From Myxococcota bacterium (GTDB taxonomy: Bacteria; Myxococcota; UBA4151): 64,000 nt of DNA. The position numbers and the translations under genes are program-made. The stretch covers positions 32,001 through 96,000 of the forward strand of contig JAYZBQ010000009.1 in assembly GCA_036338695.1 (NCBI GenBank), read 5' to 3'. Numbering within the stretch: the first letter of the stretch is position 1; every line of letters begins with the position of its first letter. The notes beneath the pieces are model-generated. The model ran no database searches, was not told the origin of the DNA, and worked only from the letters and a program-made list of their open reading frames with translations. Positions 59,218-64,000 of this stretch are shown here, piece by piece.

Positions 59218-59924
59218 AACGGCGCGTCGATCTGCTCAGCTGCCTGCGCTGCGGTCACCAGCCCCTCGAGCGTCAAGGACCGATCGCACGCTGTAACGAG
59301 TGTGGTCGGGCCTACCCGTTGAGGCGCCCCGGCTTGATCGACTGCCTCCCGGCGGCAGCGGATGACGAGCGGCGGCTCGAGCGCCTGCTCAGCCCACGCC
59401 AGTGGTTACGCCTTGGCAAAGAGGCGTACACGCGACGCCTCACCCCGCCCGACCCCGACCTGCACGAGACCATGCGCAGCCACGCCGGCGGTCTTCTCTT
59501 ACAGATCGGCTGCGGCTCCGGGCGCATGCTCGATGAGCTCGCAGTGCATCCATGGCGGCTGCGCATCGGTGTGGACCGGCGTCTTGCGCCGCTGCTGCGC
59601 GCCCATCGCTCGCCGCTTAGCGGCGCGCAGTGCCTGCTGGTGCGCGCCAGCCCGTATCGCATCCCCTTACGCGACAAGCTGATCGATGCGATCGTCATCA
59701 ACCACCTATTTTCAGTCTTTAAGGACCCGAGCGCAGTGGTGTTCGAAGCGGTCAGGCTGCTTGCGCCCGCCGGCGTGCTGGTCTGCCGCGTCGAGCGCCG
59801 GCATCACGAACCCTTGCGGCGCCTCTTAGCCAGCGCCGGGTTCGCCTACTACCGTCTAGGTGATTGGTGGGTCAGTAAGCGTCTCGTTGCTCAGTCCGAG
59901 GCGCTCGCTGAGCGGGCGCGATAA
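59214..59924 (+). CDS. Class I SAM-dependent methyltransferase with N-terminal zinc ribbon
   Basis: CLRC...CNEC; LQIGCGSG motif I; IGVD; RLLAPAG. Confidence 0.72.
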   Translation: MKRRVDLLSCLRCGHQPLERQGPIARCNECGRAYPLRRPGLIDCLPAAADDERRLERLLSPRQWLRLGKEAYTRRLTPPDPDLHETMRSHAGGLLLQIGCGSGRMLDELAVHPWRLRIGVDRRLAPLLRAHRSPLSGAQCLLVRASPYRIPLRDKLIDAIVINHLFSVFKDPSAVVFEAVRLLAPAGVLVCRVERRHHEPLRRLLASAGFAYYRLGDWWVSKRLVAQSEALAERAR

Positions 59925-60496
59925 ACGACCGCAGGCGGCGTATTTTTCCAAACCACGTCGCTGACCGCGACGGTCTCGAAGTGCTCCTCGAGCAGGCGCC
60001 TAAAGCGCCGGCCAGCTGGCAGCTTGAGGCCCTGAAGATAGGCAAACGTCGTAAAATGACCGCCCGGCGCGATCGACGCCTGAATGGCGCCGAGGATCGC
60101 TCGCTGCAGCGGCTCGTCAAAGATACTAAACGGCAGACCACAGATCACGGCATCGAAGGGCTCAAGCCCGCGCTTATCTGCGTAGCGGTGCAGCTCCGAG
60201 GCGTCACCGTGGACCAAGTCCAAGTCCGGATAGCGCTGGCTAAGCAGCCTGACCCAGTGCTCATCCTTCTCGACGCTTAGAAAGGTCGCTTCCTCTGGCA
60301 GCAGCGAGCGTATCCGTTCGGTGACGACCCCTGTCCCGGGACCGAGCTCGGCGATGGAGCGACCGGTCTCGATACCCACCTCGCGGGTCAACTCGGCCAC
60401 AAGGTAACGCGACGAGGGCGCAACGGCACCTGTCGTGCCCGGCTTGACGACAAACCGCCCCAAAAATCGCAAATAATCTATGAGCCGTGTTGCCAA
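59891..60496 (-). CDS. Phospholipid N-methyltransferase-like SAM methyltransferase (PmtA-type)
   Basis: GAVAPSSRYL, ELGPGTG, GDA, CGLP, WKNTPPAVVY. Confidence 0.82.
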   Translation of the reverse strand: MATRLIDYLRFLGRFVVKPGTTGAVAPSSRYLVAELTREVGIETGRSIAELGPGTGVVTERIRSLLPEEATFLSVEKDEHWVRLLSQRYPDLDLVHGDASELHRYADKRGLEPFDAVICGLPFSIFDEPLQRAILGAIQASIAPGGHFTTFAYLQGLKLPAGRRFRRLLEEHFETVAVSDVVWKNTPPAVVYRARSASASD

Positions 60497-61089
60497 AGAT
60501 CCACCGTGCGGAGGCGCTCGCGTCTTAGGATAAGCCGCTTCACCCCGCGCGGGGCGCCCTCGTGGGGCACAATATCGACGAAATTCTCGTCCAAGTCACT
60601 CGCTAAATAACCGGTGATTTCGCGACCGTCTTCGGTCACGAGCCGCCGCCCCGAACCCGGGAGCACGCCCCCGTCGGTCGCCAACATCACCGCCTGAACG
60701 CGCCGCCGCGAAAACCCCTTTCCGTCAACGCTCGGTGACGGCGCCCAGAGCACGTGCCCTTTGAGCCGCTGCCCATCGTTGAGGATCACCTGACCCGGAC
60801 CGTGCACGGCGCCGGGTAGCACCGGCACTTGAGCAGGAGCCGGAAGCGGCTGCTCATTCGCGACCACGCCGCGCCGGTAGAGCTCGGGGAAGTCATCAAA
60901 GAAGTCACAGCCCGGCAACGGGTCTGCGCGAAGCGCTGCGGTTCCCCGGGTCGAGCGTTTGCGCTGCTTCTGCGCCAACCGCCGCCCGAGCTGTCGGTAC
61001 TCCTCCTCCTCTTCGGGTGTCAGCAACCCCCCTTTACGCTTGGCGGCGAGCAGCTTGAACCGGTCGATCTGGGCCTGGGTACCGCTCAT
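60478..61089 (-). CDS. Hypothetical protein (203 aa)
   Basis: Coupled within the minus-strand operon (ATGA overlap at 61086-61089); N-terminal helix RFKLLAAKRKGGLLTPEEEEEY. Confidence 0.6.
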   Translation of the reverse strand: MSGTQAQIDRFKLLAAKRKGGLLTPEEEEEYRQLGRRLAQKQRKRSTRGTAALRADPLPGCDFFDDFPELYRRGVVANEQPLPAPAQVPVLPGAVHGPGQVILNDGQRLKGHVLWAPSPSVDGKGFSRRRVQAVMLATDGGVLPGSGRRLVTEDGREITGYLASDLDENFVDIVPHEGAPRGVKRLILRRERLRTVDLWQHGS

Positions 61090-61271
61090 GGTCGGCGACG
61101 CCAGAAGACCAGCACCGTGAGGCAGTGATGGCTCGAGTCAGAGCTCTGACGGACCTCGGTGTTCACGACCATCAGGTCAGGGTGCTCGATCAGAAACCGG
61201 GTCACCCGCTCGCCGATTTTTTCTCGCTCAGAAGCGAGCGTCGCCGAGAAGACCTCGAGGCCGTCATACAT
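61086..61271 (-). CDS. Small conserved hypothetical protein (61 aa)
   Basis: MYDGLEVFSATLASERE.IGERVT.F......VV...VRQSSD...HCLT resembles a small family I recall from myxobacteria; overlaps both neighbours. Confidence 0.65.
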   Translation of the reverse strand: MYDGLEVFSATLASEREKIGERVTRFLIEHPDLMVVNTEVRQSSDSSHHCLTVLVFWRRRP

Positions 61272-62493
61272 GCGCTTCACCGCGCTCCAAAACCGCCCGC
61301 AGCTCTGTCTCGGTGAGGATCCGATCACTCGCCTTGGCGGCGTCGAACAGCGCACGCTCGGACCGCTCGCTTGGGGCGAACCCGCGCGCCTTCATCCAGT
61401 ATCGGACGTTGCTCATCCCCGACATCGGGCCGATCTCGATCACCTGCTCCATCCCAAACTGTCCTGCAGGCACACCCGAATACACTAAGTCCGCCAGGTC
61501 GGAGTCACCCCGATCCAAGGCCTTAATGATGGCTGCGGCATGGACGCCGGTCGCCGTCCGAAATGCATCCTCGCCAAAGACAGGATAGTTGTAAGGAAGC
61601 GGCACCTTACACGCCTCTGCGGCCAGCCGGACAAAGTCACCCAGACAGCTCAGATCGTGCGGCCATAACCCAAGGAGCTTGAGGTTGACCAAGAGCTGAT
61701 CGATGCTCGTGTTCCCGACGCGCTCACCGACGCCGAGCGCCGTTCCGTGAATACGGGTGGCGCCCGCCTCCGCCGCAGCCAGGGTGTTCGCCAGCGCCAA
61801 ACCGCGGTCGTTGTGACCGTGCCAGTCGAGCCCGACGTCGACCCCCGAACACTCGATAAAGTCCGCTGCAAACCCGACCAACTGCCGAACCCCATGAGGG
61901 GTCGAATGACCGCAGGTATCACACAACACAAGGCGCGCAGCGCCTGCGGCGATAGCTCGATCGAATATTACGCGCAACTGATCCGGTCGGCTCCGGGTTG
62001 TGTCTTCGGTGACGTACGCCACCGTCAGCCCCTCGCCGACACCAAAGCGGATCGCCTTCTCGCTGATGTCAGCGATGCTCTCGACGGTCCAATTCTCGGT
62101 ATACTGACGCACCGGGGACGAACCGATAAAGGCGTAGACCTCGACCGGATGCCCGGTCTGCTGCTGCACCTCGGCGACCGGGGCGATGTCCGCCTCCAGC
62201 GTTCGCGCTGCGCAGTAAGGGATGATGCTCAGCTGCTCGTCACGGATCATCTTGACCAGCTCAAGGACATGCTCTCGAGCTCGAGCCCCGGCCCCCGGGA
62301 GACCGACGTCCACCACGCCGATCCCCATCTGATCCATGAGACGCACCAGCGCCATCTTCTGGTCGAGCTCAGGGTCGTTCACCGTCGGGCTCTGGACCCC
62401 GTCACGCAAGGTCTCGTCGACCAAGATGATCGGCGTTTGACCCAGCAATGAGCTGCGCCGACGCGTGTTCCAATCGTAGATCAGCTCGCTCAT
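61264..62493 (-). CDS. LeuA-like DRE-TIM Claisen synthase (isopropylmalate/homocitrate/citramalate synthase family) lacking the regulatory domain
   Basis: DETLRDGVQ, LCDTCG, HGHNDRG, GERVGN; ~409 aa; ATG 62493 overlaps the thiolase stop. Confidence 0.88.
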   Translation of the reverse strand: MSELIYDWNTRRRSSLLGQTPIILVDETLRDGVQSPTVNDPELDQKMALVRLMDQMGIGVVDVGLPGAGARAREHVLELVKMIRDEQLSIIPYCAARTLEADIAPVAEVQQQTGHPVEVYAFIGSSPVRQYTENWTVESIADISEKAIRFGVGEGLTVAYVTEDTTRSRPDQLRVIFDRAIAAGAARLVLCDTCGHSTPHGVRQLVGFAADFIECSGVDVGLDWHGHNDRGLALANTLAAAEAGATRIHGTALGVGERVGNTSIDQLLVNLKLLGLWPHDLSCLGDFVRLAAEACKVPLPYNYPVFGEDAFRTATGVHAAAIIKALDRGDSDLADLVYSGVPAGQFGMEQVIEIGPMSGMSNVRYWMKARGFAPSERSERALFDAAKASDRILTETELRAVLERGEAHV

Positions 62494-63683
62494 GCGCCCA
62501 CCTTGACGATCACCGCGATCCCCTGACCGCCGCCGATGCAAGCGCTGCCCAAGCCCAAGCCACCGCCTTGTGCCCGCAGCGCATGGATCAGGTGAGCGGT
62601 GATCCGCGCGCCGCTCGCAGCCAAGGGGTGACCGAGCGCAATCGCTCCGCCGCAGGCGTTCACCCGCTCTGGGTCCAGCTCAAGCGCTTTGGCGCAGCCG
62701 AGCACCTGAGGCGCAAAGGCTTCGTTGATCTCGATCAGGTCCATGTCGTCGAGCGTCAACCCGGCTCGCTTGAGCGCCAGCTTCGAACTCTCCACGGGGC
62801 CGAGCCCCATCACCGTCGGGTCGCAGCCGGTGACCCCCCAGCTCACGAGCGAGGCGATCGGGTCCAACCCTTTCGCCTCGGCATAGGAGGCGCTACTCAA
62901 AACGAGCGCGCCCGCTCCATCACAGATCCCAGAGGCTGCCCCTGCGTGAATCACGCCGTCTTTCTTGAACACCTTCGGGAGCTTTGCGAGCCCCTCGAGC
63001 GTGGTCTGCGGTCGGGGGTGCTCGTCGACATCGATCACCTTCTCCCCTTTGCGGCTTTTGACGGTCACGGGCGCCAGCTCAGCTGCAAAGGCTCCTGCTT
63101 CATGCGCTGCAGCCCAGCGCTGCTGACTCGCAAGCGAGAAGGCGTCGACCTCTTCTTGGGTCACGCCGTAGCGCTCAGCGATGTTCTCGGCGGTCACCGC
63201 CATCGGCGTGTTGCAGTAGGTGTCGGTGAGGCTCTCCCAGAGCATATCCTCCATCTTCGGGCTCCGCCCGAGCGGCGTCCCCCAGCGCGTCCCGCGCTGC
63301 ACATAGGGCGCCTGGCTCATGCTCTCGGAGCCGCCGGTCAGCACCAGCTGCGCTTGCCCGGTCAGGATCTGCTCGGCGCCCGTCACCACCCCTTGAAAGC
63401 CCGACCCACACAGGCGGTTCAGGGTGATCGCTGGCGTGCTTTGCGGGAGCCCGGCTCGAAGCCCGACGTGACGCGCCAGATACAGCGCGTCAGCGCTGGT
63501 TTGAAGCACGTTCCCGAAGGCGACATGGCCGTAATCATCAACCGGCGCACCCGCGTCGCTGATCGCTGCTTTCGCTGCGATGACGCCTAGGTCCGTTGCG
63601 CTCAGGCCCTTCATCGAGCCGCCAAAGGCGCCGAAAGGAGTCCGCTTCGCCGAGAGAAAAACTACCGAGTCATTTTGGCTCAT
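62490..63683 (-). CDS. Acetyl-CoA C-acyltransferase (thiolase)
   Basis: RTPFG, NRLCGSG (catalytic Cys), NEAF, GHPLAASG, CIGGGQG. Confidence 0.96.
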   Translation of the reverse strand: MSQNDSVVFLSAKRTPFGAFGGSMKGLSATDLGVIAAKAAISDAGAPVDDYGHVAFGNVLQTSADALYLARHVGLRAGLPQSTPAITLNRLCGSGFQGVVTGAEQILTGQAQLVLTGGSESMSQAPYVQRGTRWGTPLGRSPKMEDMLWESLTDTYCNTPMAVTAENIAERYGVTQEEVDAFSLASQQRWAAAHEAGAFAAELAPVTVKSRKGEKVIDVDEHPRPQTTLEGLAKLPKVFKKDGVIHAGAASGICDGAGALVLSSASYAEAKGLDPIASLVSWGVTGCDPTVMGLGPVESSKLALKRAGLTLDDMDLIEINEAFAPQVLGCAKALELDPERVNACGGAIALGHPLAASGARITAHLIHALRAQGGGLGLGSACIGGGQGIAVIVKVGA

Positions 63684-63772
63684 TCAACCATCCCTAAATT
63701 TCTAAACAACAGAGGCTCGACAAGTGAGGTAACCGCCCATAGCCGTCATTATGCCCGGCCGTCGATAGCTGC

Positions 63773-64000
63773 CTAGGGTGTGGTCAGATCAGCCTCGGAT
63801 CGCGGCGCAACGCTGTGGTGCCCGAAGGCCTCCTCGGCGATGCCGACGATCGCCGAGAATCGAGTCCCTGCGGCGCGTTCAAAAGCGACGCCATCGCTCA
63901 TCGATGGCCACAACCGGTCGGTGATGCGCAAGCCACCATCGACCGCTATGGTCCCGTAATCACGGCAGTTGTCGTCCCCGTCTGCGCAGGGTTCGCCTTC
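63773..64000 (-). CDS. C-terminal fragment of a probable extracellular protein (OB-fold-like end); 5' part lies outside the window
   Basis: Manual translation EGEPCADGDDNCRDYG...LRITDRL...FSAIVGIAEEAFGHHSVAPRSEADLTTP* with TAG at 63773-63775. Confidence 0.6.
   Translation of the reverse strand, partial: EGEPCADGDDNCRDYGTIAVDGGLRITDRLWPSMSDGVAFERAAGTRFSAIVGIAEEAFGHHSVAPRSEADLTTP

Noticed and set aside
63669..63686. TGAATGA half-site at the thiolase start as a third FadR box
   Set aside because: Only one arm matches, and it includes the ATG itself.

Overview
GC-rich, densely packed bacterial chromosome segment, most likely from a Myxococcota-like (deltaproteobacterial) organism. The lineage call rests on a MYXO-CTERM-like C-terminus, Myxococcus-type Cys-rich repeats, PDAG linkers and a lidless Hsp70. 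I found no rRNA, tRNA, CRISPR array or mobile element. Contents from left to right: a >2200-aa tandem Ig/cadherin-like surface protein on the minus strand, truncated by the window edge and missing from the ORF track; a lidless Hsp70; a TPR lipoprotein and nadD; a minus-strand run of a LeuD-LeuC-type fused aconitase, M16 peptidase, DsbA-like protein, YtkA-like protein and a cytochrome-c-like protein with CxxCD instead of CxxCH; yidD; a Cys-repeat/lamin-tail lipoprotein; uvrB; a TamB + Omp85 pair; a ferritin-like protein next to a Cys-repeat lipoprotein; rpsB-tsf-pyrH-frr-uppS-cdsA-dxr; a fatty-acid-oxidation electron-transfer cluster (TetR/FadR, acyl-CoA dehydrogenase, etfB, etfA, membrane FeS/CCG oxidoreductase); PilZ, PlsC and a CARDB/PPC surface protein; mutM; glutamine synthetase III; DUF4159 and GATase-like genes; and a thiolase/LeuA-like operon. 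The most striking observation is an EtfA with an N-terminal transmembrane anchor and a ~125-aa acidic, Pro-rich tether, encoded directly upstream of its likely membrane acceptor, which suggests a membrane-leashed electron shuttle. A FadR-box-like palindrome precedes that cluster, and a second near-copy lies upstream of GSIII/mutM. All family assignments come from motif recognition by eye; no database searches were run.
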